From Deltaproteobacteria bacterium (GTDB lineage: Bacteria > Myxococcota > SpSt-1050), in NCBI GenBank assembly GCA_026416535.1, contig JAOAFA010000059.1:61941-125940 (forward strand): 64,000 nt of DNA, in the 5' to 3' direction. Below the pieces are notes generated by a model. The model worked only from the letters and a program-made list of their open reading frames with translations, searched no databases and was not told the DNA's origin. Position 1 is the first letter of the stretch, and every line of letters begins with the position of its first letter. The translations under genes were made by a program, and so were the position numbers. Below, piece by piece: positions 10,038 to 19,032 of the stretch.

Positions 10038-10729
10038 TGATAATATACCCTACCCGGGATAAGATAGCAAAATATGTAAAGAGAAGTGTTCTATATGAGT
10101 ATTTAGGGATAAAAGAGTTGGATAAAGTCCCCAAAAATATAATAAGGGACATTGATAATTCAGAGGGTATATTTATTAAGTTAGTAAGTCCTTATGTTGT
10201 TTATAATGAGTTTAAAAAGTTTGAGTTTAGTGAAGAGGGAGTATCCATAAGTGACCATTTTATTAAATCTTTTGTTCTCTCATGGATAGCACAAAATGCA
10301 GTGTCAGTATATATATTCATCGCTACTATAGGTGATTTGTTGGAAAAAGAAGTTGCTTCTCTTTATTCTCGAGGTTCCTTTTTTATGGCACAAGTAGCTG
10401 ATGCGTATGGATCTGTATATGTAGAGGCTTTGCTTGAATTTTTAATAGAATACATTGAAATAGAAGAGGGTAAAAAGGGTTTATTGGTTTCTGCGCCATA
10501 TTCACCAGGTTATTGTGATATAGATCTTTCGTACCAGAAAGTGATCTTAGATTTGCTTGGTTCAGAGAATTCTATAGTCTCTATTAATGAGGCATATCAG
10601 ATGTATCCTGGAAAGAGCGTCTCTGGTATCTTGTTCAAGATGCCAGAGGGCAAAGCAAAGGTTTTTAAGAATTATTTTGTGTGTTGTGAACAATGCAGTA
10701 ATTTTTTATGTAAGCAACGCAAAAAATGA
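10034..10729 (+). CDS. stand-alone methionine synthase (MetH) activation-domain-like protein
   Basis: 'SAPYSPGYCDIDLSYQ...AYQMYPGKSVSGILF' aligns with the MetH reactivation-domain blocks 'RPAPGYPACP...' and 'MWPGASVSGWYF'. The C-terminus carries a Cys cluster, 'CCEQCSNFLCK'. Confidence 0.5.
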   Translation: MMIIYPTRDKIAKYVKRSVLYEYLGIKELDKVPKNIIRDIDNSEGIFIKLVSPYVVYNEFKKFEFSEEGVSISDHFIKSFVLSWIAQNAVSVYIFIATIGDLLEKEVASLYSRGSFFMAQVADAYGSVYVEALLEFLIEYIEIEEGKKGLLVSAPYSPGYCDIDLSYQKVILDLLGSENSIVSINEAYQMYPGKSVSGILFKMPEGKAKVFKNYFVCCEQCSNFLCKQRKK

Positions 10730-11844
10730 TATTTTTGTTTTTATTTTCAACCTCAACACTTACAGGGCAGGCAGCACAAACATTTAATATATTAAGGTAC
10801 CTTGTCAAATGTGGTCATCAGGTATTAGCGATAGCTGACCAAAACAGAGTTGGTAACTTAAATTCTTGCCTTGAAAAGGCAGGAGCAATTTTGCTAAATG
10901 ATATATCTATATCTCATAAAAATAAGCTCATAAATAAATGTAGAGAGGTTTTAAGACTTAGGTCTGTCGTGATGGATATTAAGCCTGATTTTGTAATTAC
11001 TTCATTTTCTAATGATCATTTTGTGAGCTATCTAGCATTAAGAGACGTTAATAGTAAGCCAAGAGTTGTTAGGTTTTATCATAGTAAAAAGGTGAGATCG
11101 GACTGGATTCATAAATCTATTTACAAAAATACGGATATCTTTGTATTCTATGATTGTGATATATATGCAGAGTTTAGTAAAAAATATAGTTGTATGAAGG
11201 ACAAATTTTTTCTGTTACCAGCTGGTGTTGACACCGATGTGTTTATTCCAGTCTTTAGAAGTACATTGAGGGACAAATTTGGATTAAATAAAGATTCTTT
11301 TGTTGTAGGATATGTTGGAATGTTTCAAAAAGGGAGAATGCATAGAGAATTAATAGATTTATTTTTTGCTTTGAAAAAAAGGGTTGATAATTCTCAGCTA
11401 TTGATGGTAGGCTCTGGAGAAACATTTTATGATATTTATAGGTATGCATATAAAAGACTGGGCAAGACAGATGTCGTGTTTACTGGTTTTGTTGATGAAA
11501 ATACGCTTGTTGATGCCTACAATGTAATGGATATCTTCATCCTCCTGAAAGGTGGTCAAGATTCCTCACTTAGAATGCTATATGAGGCTCAGTCATGTGG
11601 GACATATATTTTAACTTACAAAAGTTATCCAGCCTCTGAATTAATCAATGTATCTGAATATGGTGATTTTATAGTAGATGTAACTGACATTGAAAAAACA
11701 GCTGATATAATTTTTTCATCTATTAAAAATATCAAAAACGAAATGCGCTATCTAATTCACCAGAGGGTAAAGAGCAGATTCGATTATAGAATGTCCGCGG
11801 AACTTTTTTTAAAAATTTGCGAAAACCTTTATTACAGAAGTTAA
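10726..11844 (+). CDS. glycosyltransferase family 1 (GT4-like)
   Basis: The C-terminal half reads 'VGYVGMFQKGRMHRELIDLF...LMVGSGE...' (GT-B nucleotide-sugar domain, E-x7-E-like region). There is a 4-nt overlap with the upstream gene. Confidence 0.5.
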   Translation: MIFLFLFSTSTLTGQAAQTFNILRYLVKCGHQVLAIADQNRVGNLNSCLEKAGAILLNDISISHKNKLINKCREVLRLRSVVMDIKPDFVITSFSNDHFVSYLALRDVNSKPRVVRFYHSKKVRSDWIHKSIYKNTDIFVFYDCDIYAEFSKKYSCMKDKFFLLPAGVDTDVFIPVFRSTLRDKFGLNKDSFVVGYVGMFQKGRMHRELIDLFFALKKRVDNSQLLMVGSGETFYDIYRYAYKRLGKTDVVFTGFVDENTLVDAYNVMDIFILLKGGQDSSLRMLYEAQSCGTYILTYKSYPASELINVSEYGDFIVDVTDIEKTADIIFSSIKNIKNEMRYLIHQRVKSRFDYRMSAELFLKICENLYYRS

Positions 11845-11859
11845 ACAGAATAGAGAGAG

Positions 11860-12438
11860 TTATTTTAATCTTTTTTCAGCCTCAGCCCAATTTATGTTTG
11901 AGAAAAATGCCTCGATGTAGTCAGCTCTTTTTAAACCATAGTCAAGCATAAATGCGTGTTCAAAAACATCCATTATCAAAATCAGATTTGCTCCTGCTGG
12001 ATGAGAGACATCATGTTCATTTATCCAGAAATTTATTAATTTACCATTTAATTGGTCCTGATATAGCGCAACCCATCCTATTCCCCTCATGGTCCCTGTT
12101 GCCTTGAATTCTTTTAGCCAATTTTCGTAAGAACCAAAGTCCTCTGTTATTTTCTTATATAATTTACTATCTTGTTTTAGGATTCCATCTCCACCCAGAT
12201 TTTCGAAATAGTATTCGTGAAGTCGCATGCCATTAAACTCCCACCCCAGTCTCCTCTTAAGCTCTGCGAATTCTGGCGTTGAGAATTGGTTATCTTTTGC
12301 AAGCCTCTCTAAAGACTCAAGGACTTTGTTCGTGTTAGTTACATAACCTTGGTAGAGGGTGAAATGATTTTTTAGTAGCGTCTCAGAGAATCCCTTCATA
12401 CCGATAAGTCTTGAATAATCCTTTGGTGTGTAATACAT
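11860..12438 (-). CDS. sod: Fe/Mn superoxide dismutase
   Basis: 'DVFEHAFMLDYGLKRADYIEAFFSNINW' matches the Fe/Mn-SOD signature D-x-W/F-E-H-A-Y/F. An N-terminal 'LLKNHFTLYQGYV' metal-ligand region is present. Confidence 0.8.
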   Translation of the reverse strand: MYYTPKDYSRLIGMKGFSETLLKNHFTLYQGYVTNTNKVLESLERLAKDNQFSTPEFAELKRRLGWEFNGMRLHEYYFENLGGDGILKQDSKLYKKITEDFGSYENWLKEFKATGTMRGIGWVALYQDQLNGKLINFWINEHDVSHPAGANLILIMDVFEHAFMLDYGLKRADYIEAFFSNINWAEAEKRLK

Positions 12439-12452
12439 ATTAAACCTCCTTA

Positions 12453-12965
12453 CTATTTTAGTTTTTTAAGTTCAGATATTGCCCTTTCATAATTTGGGTG
12501 TTGAGTAATATCTGGGACAATTTCTTTATAGCTGACCATACCTGTCTTATCAATAATAAATACAGACCTTGCTAAAAGTCGATTTTCCTTTATGAGCACT
12601 CCAAATTTAGTCCCAAAATCTACATCTCTATAATCAGAAAGTGTGAGCACCCTATCAATGCCATTTGAATTACAAAATCTGGCGATCGCAAAAGGAAGGT
12701 CTACACTAATGTTTAATACAATTGTCTCGTTATCAAATTCTGAGGCATCCTTATTAAATCTTTTGAGTTGGAGGTCACACACTGGCGTGTCTAAAGATGG
12801 TGTAACGCTTATAACTATTTTTTTCCCGGAAAAGCCTCTTGAATCTACCTCCCTTAGGTCTTTATCAAGGGTGATAAAATAAGGTGCTTTATGACCTTCT
12901 TTTATCTCATTTCCTAATAGCGTAAGGGGATTACCTTTCATCGTTACTATTCCTTTTCTTTCCAT
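12453..12965 (-). CDS. tpx: thiol peroxidase (atypical 2-Cys peroxiredoxin)
   Basis: 'VISVTPSLDTPVCDLQ' is the Tpx peroxidatic-Cys motif, and the size (170 aa) fits. Confidence 0.85.
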   Translation of the reverse strand: MERKGIVTMKGNPLTLLGNEIKEGHKAPYFITLDKDLREVDSRGFSGKKIVISVTPSLDTPVCDLQLKRFNKDASEFDNETIVLNISVDLPFAIARFCNSNGIDRVLTLSDYRDVDFGTKFGVLIKENRLLARSVFIIDKTGMVSYKEIVPDITQHPNYERAISELKKLK

Positions 12966-13042
12966 ATTAGTATCCTCCTTTCAACTGATATAACATACTC
13001 TATATTATGATGTGAATCAAAATAAAAGGTTTCAAAAATTAA

Positions 13043-13573
13043 TTAATGTATTCCATAGAGATTATAGTGAACATTTTTCCTTATGATCTCACTTTCGGTA
13101 TGAGGTATTATTTCCCGCTGATCGGTATATCCAAGGGCTATGGCTCCCAAGATCTTGATTTTATCTGGAGCTGAGATTAAATTCCTTGTGTAGGCTTCGG
13201 CATCGCCAAAGGGTCCGCTTTCTTTATGAATCTGTACATAACATGTAGACAAGTTCATATCTGTTGCGGTGAGCATTATGGACATTGCTGCCATAGATGT
13301 ATCTACTTCAAAATGATTTCCTACTTCAGAATCGTAACCAATTAATATTATGGTATTGGTAGCTCGTAGTACAGAGCTATATGGAGTTGAAGTTGCTAAT
13401 TTTTTGATAGTATCTTTTTCTCTAATTATGAATAGATTTATTGCCTTGACCTTATCAAATGAGGGTGACCAAAAAGCGGCTTTTATGAGATTCTCAATTT
13501 TAATGGGGTCGACCTCTTTAGAATTAAATGACCTTATTGATCTTCTTTTTTTTATTACGTCAAAAAACTCCAT
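13043..13573 (-). CDS. nitroreductase-family flavoprotein
   Basis: 'IKKRRSIRSF' is the N-terminal nitroreductase signature, and the size (176 aa) fits. Confidence 0.7.
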   Translation of the reverse strand: MEFFDVIKKRRSIRSFNSKEVDPIKIENLIKAAFWSPSFDKVKAINLFIIREKDTIKKLATSTPYSSVLRATNTIILIGYDSEVGNHFEVDTSMAAMSIMLTATDMNLSTCYVQIHKESGPFGDAEAYTRNLISAPDKIKILGAIALGYTDQREIIPHTESEIIRKNVHYNLYGIH

Positions 13574-14011
13574 AACTATTCCTCCTTATTACATTATTGT
13601 GATGATTTATGTTTCGTAAAGATTCTAATAGGACTATATCATTTGAAGGTTATCAAATGTATTTATTTAGCGGGTAATTTTTTATTGATAGAGATCTAGG
13701 ATATTTAGTGTAACGTTGTCTGTCATTGGAGATTACTATGGGGGGGTATTTTTACCATGCGGAGTCATGCAATTAATAAAAAAGGTTATTGGTGTTTATA
13801 TCTAAATTCTGGGTAGAGGCAAGATGGCAAAATAAAAGGGTTCCATGGATGTAATGAGAGTATAATGAAAAGTTCTGTAATACAATGATATGAATTAATG
13901 CCAGTATTTGTATGTAATTTTTTGCTTTGTTATTAGGAACTCTCAAGGGGCTCAATTGACAAAAATAAAAATTTGTTTTAGTTTAACTAAACCATATTAT
14001 TAGGAGGAAAT

Positions 14012-15616
14012 ATGAAAGAGCCTGTTATAGGAATAGACTTAGGCACATCGTATAGTTGTGTGGCTACTGTGATTGATGGAGTTCCTACAGTTATACCGAA
14101 TGAATGGGGTGAGAGAATACACGCCTCCGTAGTCTCTTTTTTGGATAATGATAGAATAATTGTCGGTAACGAGGCTAAAAAAAGAATTATAAGTAATCCT
14201 GAAAACACTGTTTACTCAGCAAAGAGACTTATCGGTAGGTATTTTTTTTCAGAGGAAGTTAAGAAGGCAAGGGCAATGTGTTCATATCAAATAGTTGAAG
14301 GACCAAATTCTTCTGTTAGGATATTAATAAACGGCAGGCAGTATTCTATACCAGAGATATCTGCATTTATACTAAAGGAGATGAAGACAATTGCTGAAAA
14401 TTTTCTTGGGACGAAGGTTAAAAAGGCAGTTATTACTGTCCCAGCGTTTTTTAATGACAATCAGAGACATGCGACCAAGGATGCAGGTAAGATTGCAGGA
14501 TTGGATGTGATCCGTGTTATCAACGAACCCACAGCTGCTGCTCTTGCATATGGTTTTGGCAAGGGTATATCCCAGAAAGTTGCTGTTTATGATCTTGGTG
14601 GTGGAACTTTTGACATTTCAATACTGGATATAGGGAACGATATATTTGAAGTTATTTCTACGGCCGGAGATACATATTTGGGAGGAGATGACATGGATTT
14701 AAAAATATTAGAACATTTTATATCCCTGATTAAGGCACAATATGGCTTTGATCCTACCCAGGATAAACAGGTTTTACAGAGGTTAAGAGATCATGCTGAG
14801 AAGGCAAAGATAGGATTTAGTATGCAAGATAGAGTAGATGTATACATTAAGAATCTATTTATGGGTGCTGATTCTAAACCCAGAGATTTTCATACAGTCA
14901 TTACATCCGAACAATTTAGGGATATGGTTACACCTATTTTACAGAAGACTTTTAAGGTGTGCGATGAGGCACTCCAGACGGGGCGTTTAACTATAGGTGA
15001 TATTCAAGGGGTAATATTGGTTGGAGGGCCTACAAGACTTCCAATTGTAAGAGATTATGTTCGTTATTATTTTCAAAAAGAGCCATTGTATGGAATAAAT
15101 CCTGATGAGGTTGTAGCTATAGGTGCTGCGATTCAGGCAAATTCATTGTTGGATGAAAAGAAAAAATCTACGTTTCTTTTGGATGTCACACCGCTTACTC
15201 TTAGAATTGCTACAGTAGGAGGATTCACTGAGGCAATAATACCGAGAAATTCTCCTTTACCAATAGAGAGAAGGAGAAAATTCACAACTTCGAGAGATAA
15301 TCAGGATAGGGTGAGGATACGAGTCTTACAAGGGGAATCAAATAAAGCAGATGAGTGTGAATTACTTGGTGAATTTGAGTTTTCTGGTTTTAAAATAGCT
15401 CCACGGGGTGCAGTAACTATCGAAGTCTCATTTGATATAGATAGCGATGGCATTGTTAATGTGTCTGCGAGAGATGTTGAGACAGGGGCTGAGCAGTCTA
15501 CAACCATTTATTTGAATGCAGGATTATCGGCTGAGGAAGTTGCAATCTCGCAGGATTTGGCAGAGGAAGTCATAATTGAGAGAGATAGAAGTAATCTTCC
15601 TGAGATTAAAGATTAG
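14012..15616 (+). CDS. Hsp70-family chaperone, short/lidless form (HscC-like)
   Basis: 'IGIDLGTSYSCVA', 'VITVPAFFNDNQRHATKDAGKIAGLDV', 'INEPTAAALAYG', 'VYDLGGGTFDISIL' define the NBD, and the SBD-beta is present. Only about 40 aa follow the SBD-beta, so there is no full helical lid. An AGGAGG ribosome-binding site is present. Confidence 0.75.
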   Translation: MKEPVIGIDLGTSYSCVATVIDGVPTVIPNEWGERIHASVVSFLDNDRIIVGNEAKKRIISNPENTVYSAKRLIGRYFFSEEVKKARAMCSYQIVEGPNSSVRILINGRQYSIPEISAFILKEMKTIAENFLGTKVKKAVITVPAFFNDNQRHATKDAGKIAGLDVIRVINEPTAAALAYGFGKGISQKVAVYDLGGGTFDISILDIGNDIFEVISTAGDTYLGGDDMDLKILEHFISLIKAQYGFDPTQDKQVLQRLRDHAEKAKIGFSMQDRVDVYIKNLFMGADSKPRDFHTVITSEQFRDMVTPILQKTFKVCDEALQTGRLTIGDIQGVILVGGPTRLPIVRDYVRYYFQKEPLYGINPDEVVAIGAAIQANSLLDEKKKSTFLLDVTPLTLRIATVGGFTEAIIPRNSPLPIERRRKFTTSRDNQDRVRIRVLQGESNKADECELLGEFEFSGFKIAPRGAVTIEVSFDIDSDGIVNVSARDVETGAEQSTTIYLNAGLSAEEVAISQDLAEEVIIERDRSNLPEIKD

Positions 15617-15633
15617 GATTTTGGAGGTTATAA

Positions 15634-16140
15634 ATGTCTAGTATAACACCTGAAGAAATTATCATACTTTCTGAGGCAATTGATGAAATGGATTATTATC
15701 AAATATTGAAGGTAGACAGGACGGCAAGTGCGTCTGAAATTAAAGAGGCATATTATAGGGAGACGCGAATATTTCACCCTGATAATTTTATCCATCTGAC
15801 AGATAAAGAGTTAAAAAATCGCGTTCTTAAGATTTCAAAGCTTATTACAGAGGCTTACATGATCTTAAGAGATTTTGAAAAACGAAAGAGATATGATCAG
15901 CAGCTTTCAATGAGTGAGACTGGGAGAGATATCAGATATCGAGAGGATGAGGTTAAACAAGAGATTAAAGAAGATATCAATTCTCCCCAGGCAAAGAAAC
16001 TTTATAATCAGGCGCTTGTGGATATAATGCAAAATAGGCTCCATGATGCAATTAAAAATTTAAAACTCGCATTAGCTTTTGAACCAAATAGTCAGGTTAT
16101 TAAGAGAAAGATTGAGGAACTTCAATCGCAAAAGAATTGA
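15634..16140 (+). CDS. J-domain co-chaperone (DnaJ-like, J-domain only)
   Basis: 'DYYQILKVDRTASASEIKEAYYRETRIFHPDN' carries the HPD tripeptide. A GGAGG ribosome-binding site is present. The gene starts 17 nt after the Hsp70 gene. Confidence 0.7.
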   Translation: MSSITPEEIIILSEAIDEMDYYQILKVDRTASASEIKEAYYRETRIFHPDNFIHLTDKELKNRVLKISKLITEAYMILRDFEKRKRYDQQLSMSETGRDIRYREDEVKQEIKEDINSPQAKKLYNQALVDIMQNRLHDAIKNLKLALAFEPNSQVIKRKIEELQSQKN

Positions 16141-16162
16141 TTTTCATTTTTTAAATTAGCGT

Positions 16163-18523
16163 ATGAAAATTATTAAAGCCCTTTTTATAGGAATGCTATG
16201 GATATCTGAGGCCTTACCTCATGAATTAGTTGATTATAAAATCGAGGAAGAGAGAGACTTCATAAATTATGCAGATAAAGTAGTAAATATAAATATCTCC
16301 TTCAATATCTCATCAAACGATGCATTATTTGAAGAGGGCTATTATTTTTATAAGATTGAAGATTATGAAAGTGCGTTGAGAAAAATGGAGGATTATGTGG
16401 TTGTATCTACAAATCCTGAATTAAGAGATTACGCATTATTTATAGCGGGTGTTTCAGCCCTTTATTTAAAAGATTATGAAAGGGCATATAGGCTATTTGA
16501 GAGTATTATTTATATTCCCTATCTTGAAGATTATAAGATTTACTTTCTTGCATATTCGTCTTTCAAGCTTGGTAGGTATGACATATTAGAAAAAATGCTT
16601 GAAGTTGCTTCTAAAGAGTATCCTTCTACCATACTCCTGTTTGATATCGAGCTTTTGAGGCTTGACATGTATATAGCTCAAAATAGGTATAGGGATATAA
16701 TTAGTCAGGCATCAATGCTTCTTACGAAAAAAGATATGTCCAATGATAACCCTTTTTTAGATGAATTTTTGCTATTTAATCTTGCAAAGGCTTACTTAGC
16801 AATTGGTGATAATCAAAATGCAAAAGAAGTTTTGTTGAGGATTTATGTAGATTATCCATTATCAGTTTTTTCCACAGATGTGTATGACATTTTGACCAAA
16901 GACCTGAAGCTCTTTTTGGATGTACAAACAAGGGTTAAGAGGGCTGATGAATTGTTCTCTAAGCAGTTATTTAAGAATGCACTTGAGGAATACAAAAGGG
17001 TAGAAGAGATTATTAAGAGAGGCGATTATAAATCATCTTTTGAGATAGGAAAGAAGATTAAGTTAAAGATGGCAGATTGTTATGCCAATCTTAAAGAGAA
17101 CAACAAGGCAAGAGAGCTTTATATTGAGTTGCTTGAGGATAGTTATTATGGAGCTGATGTCAAGGCTTATTTGCTCTATAGACTTGCTCAACTGGAGAAA
17201 AGGAGGATTGATAACAGCGAGGCAATAAGACTTTATGAGGAACTTGCTGAGAAATACCCAAGATCAAAGTATGCTGATGAGGCAAGATATCTCTCAATTT
17301 GGCTTAGATATAACGATGGAAAGTATGAAGAGGCAATAGCCAGATTTAAACAGTTTGTCAGTAAATATAAGAGGTCTCCAAAAAGGTTAGATGCGCTCTG
17401 GTTTTTAGGAATAAATTTGTATAAATACAAAAAGTATGATGAGGCATATAGGTACTTTTATGAGATAAAGAGAATTGCTCCTAATACAGAAAGAGAGAAA
17501 CCTGCCTCCATTTACTTTCTTGGCAAGTTGGCATTTTTACTGGGTAAAAAAGATGAGGCAAAAGAACATTTTATTAATCTTATTGAGAATTTTCCTCTTA
17601 ATTACTATTCATTGATGGCTCAGAATAGGCTAAAGGAATTTTATGGTGAGGAAGTGGCTTTCCCAGAGTTTGAAACCCTGTATAGCCTTGAGGCAGATAG
17701 TCTATCGATATCAGAGGAACCTGAGAGATTTATTTTGGCTCAGGAGGGGCTTTTAAGGATTAATAAGGCATTACAACTAATAAGAGTAGGTTTAGAGAGA
17801 TATGCTAAGAGAGAGTTAAATTATATAAATATAAAACTTAACAATGATTATAAGGTGTTATATTTTTTAGCGAGTATAAAACATAAAGCTGGAGATTACA
17901 ACGGGAGTATGCGAATTTTAAGGGGTTTTTTCGTAGAAAAGATGCTTTATCGCCCATCTATGGGTGAGATAAGATTTTGGAAGAAAATGTTCCCCTTGGC
18001 ATACCTTGATTATGTTATTCAGAATGCCGAAAAGAATCAGATTGATCCATTACTCATACTTGCTATTATGAGGGAGGAGAGCCATTTTAGACCAACGGCA
18101 GTATCTCCAGCAGGTGCTAAAGGATTGATGCAGATAATGCCAAGGACTGGTAGTTTGATTGCAAAGTCTTTTGATATGGAAGACTTTGATGTATATATGC
18201 TTGATATACCAGAGATAAATATACAATTCGGTAGTTGGTATTTGTCTCAGCTTTTGATCAAGTTTAACAACCAGCTACCATTTGCTATAGCTGCATATAA
18301 TGCTGGTCCGAGTGCTGTCGATAGGTGGTTGAAGAGAAATAAAGATGTGGACTTAGATATTTTCATTGAAGAGATCCCTTATAGAGAGACGAGAAATTAT
18401 GTAAAAAGGGTATTGCAAACATATGGCATTTATAATTTTCTATACAAGAGTAGAGATAGAAAGAATGTTCTCCCCTTAGGTCAGAAGTTCGAATCTACCT
18501 CTAAAGATAATATAAATTATTAG
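16163..18523 (+). CDS. slt: soluble lytic murein transglycosylase (Slt70-like; TPR/superhelical N-domain plus SLT domain)
   Basis: C-terminal 'MREESHFRPTAVSPAGAKGLMQIMPRTG' and 'AYNAGPSAV' form the SLT catalytic domain. A long helical-repeat N-terminus and a signal peptide are present. Confidence 0.8.
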   Translation: MKIIKALFIGMLWISEALPHELVDYKIEEERDFINYADKVVNINISFNISSNDALFEEGYYFYKIEDYESALRKMEDYVVVSTNPELRDYALFIAGVSALYLKDYERAYRLFESIIYIPYLEDYKIYFLAYSSFKLGRYDILEKMLEVASKEYPSTILLFDIELLRLDMYIAQNRYRDIISQASMLLTKKDMSNDNPFLDEFLLFNLAKAYLAIGDNQNAKEVLLRIYVDYPLSVFSTDVYDILTKDLKLFLDVQTRVKRADELFSKQLFKNALEEYKRVEEIIKRGDYKSSFEIGKKIKLKMADCYANLKENNKARELYIELLEDSYYGADVKAYLLYRLAQLEKRRIDNSEAIRLYEELAEKYPRSKYADEARYLSIWLRYNDGKYEEAIARFKQFVSKYKRSPKRLDALWFLGINLYKYKKYDEAYRYFYEIKRIAPNTEREKPASIYFLGKLAFLLGKKDEAKEHFINLIENFPLNYYSLMAQNRLKEFYGEEVAFPEFETLYSLEADSLSISEEPERFILAQEGLLRINKALQLIRVGLERYAKRELNYINIKLNNDYKVLYFLASIKHKAGDYNGSMRILRGFFVEKMLYRPSMGEIRFWKKMFPLAYLDYVIQNAEKNQIDPLLILAIMREESHFRPTAVSPAGAKGLMQIMPRTGSLIAKSFDMEDFDVYMLDIPEINIQFGSWYLSQLLIKFNNQLPFAIAAYNAGPSAVDRWLKRNKDVDLDIFIEEIPYRETRNYVKRVLQTYGIYNFLYKSRDRKNVLPLGQKFESTSKDNINY

Positions 18524-18712
18524 TTAAATCTTCTTTACTTTGCCGGATTTAATGCACTTTGTGCATGCCAAAATTCTCTTGTGGACACCATTGAGATTTG
18601 CTCTTACTCTCTGTAAGTTAGGGAGGCTTCTAGATTTAGTCCTATTGTTTGCGTGAGAGACGTTATTAACGACCATGGGTCCTTTTGAGCAGATCTCACA
18701 TCTTCTTGCCAT
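18524..18712 (-). CDS. rpmB: 50S ribosomal protein L28
   Basis: '[38 protein letters not shown]' fits the L28 consensus (…CEICGKGP..GNNVSHSN..T.R...PNLQ.VR). Confidence 0.85.
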   Translation of the reverse strand: MARRCEICSKGPMVVNNVSHANNRTKSRSLPNLQRVRANLNGVHKRILACTKCIKSGKVKKI

Positions 18713-19032
18713 TTTCGTCCTCCATAAAGAGTGTATGTTTATATTTTACAATTTCATAAAAATCAAGAATATTTTTTGTGGGTGCTGAATCTTGGTTGAT
18801 ATTTTTATAAAAGAAATTGTAAATTAAAGATGGTATAAAGCCTATGTGGAGATAATTTAGTTTACTATTGCAAGAATATTTGAATTACTATTGAGATGAG
18901 TAAGTATTATTTATGGGATTACAGGGATATAGTGATTGATTTGGAAAGAGAAACTTTTTATTATCACTATTCTCCTTGACTGAGTAATTTAAATTGGTAT
19001 TTTTAGTACAGTCTTTTTCAGGGAGTAGCATC

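Noticed and set aside
13930-13990. Possible CIRCE/HrcA operator upstream of the Hsp70 gene ('ttaggaactctcaaggggctcaattga')
   Set aside because: The two half-sites are not reverse complements of each other (GGAACTCTC versus CAATTGAGC), so it does not fit TTAGCACTC-N9-GAGTGCTAA.
18470-18500. tRNA T-arm-like 'ggtcagaagttcgaatctacc'
   Set aside because: It lies inside the 3' end of the slt reading frame. No acceptor stem, D-arm or anticodon arm can be built around it.
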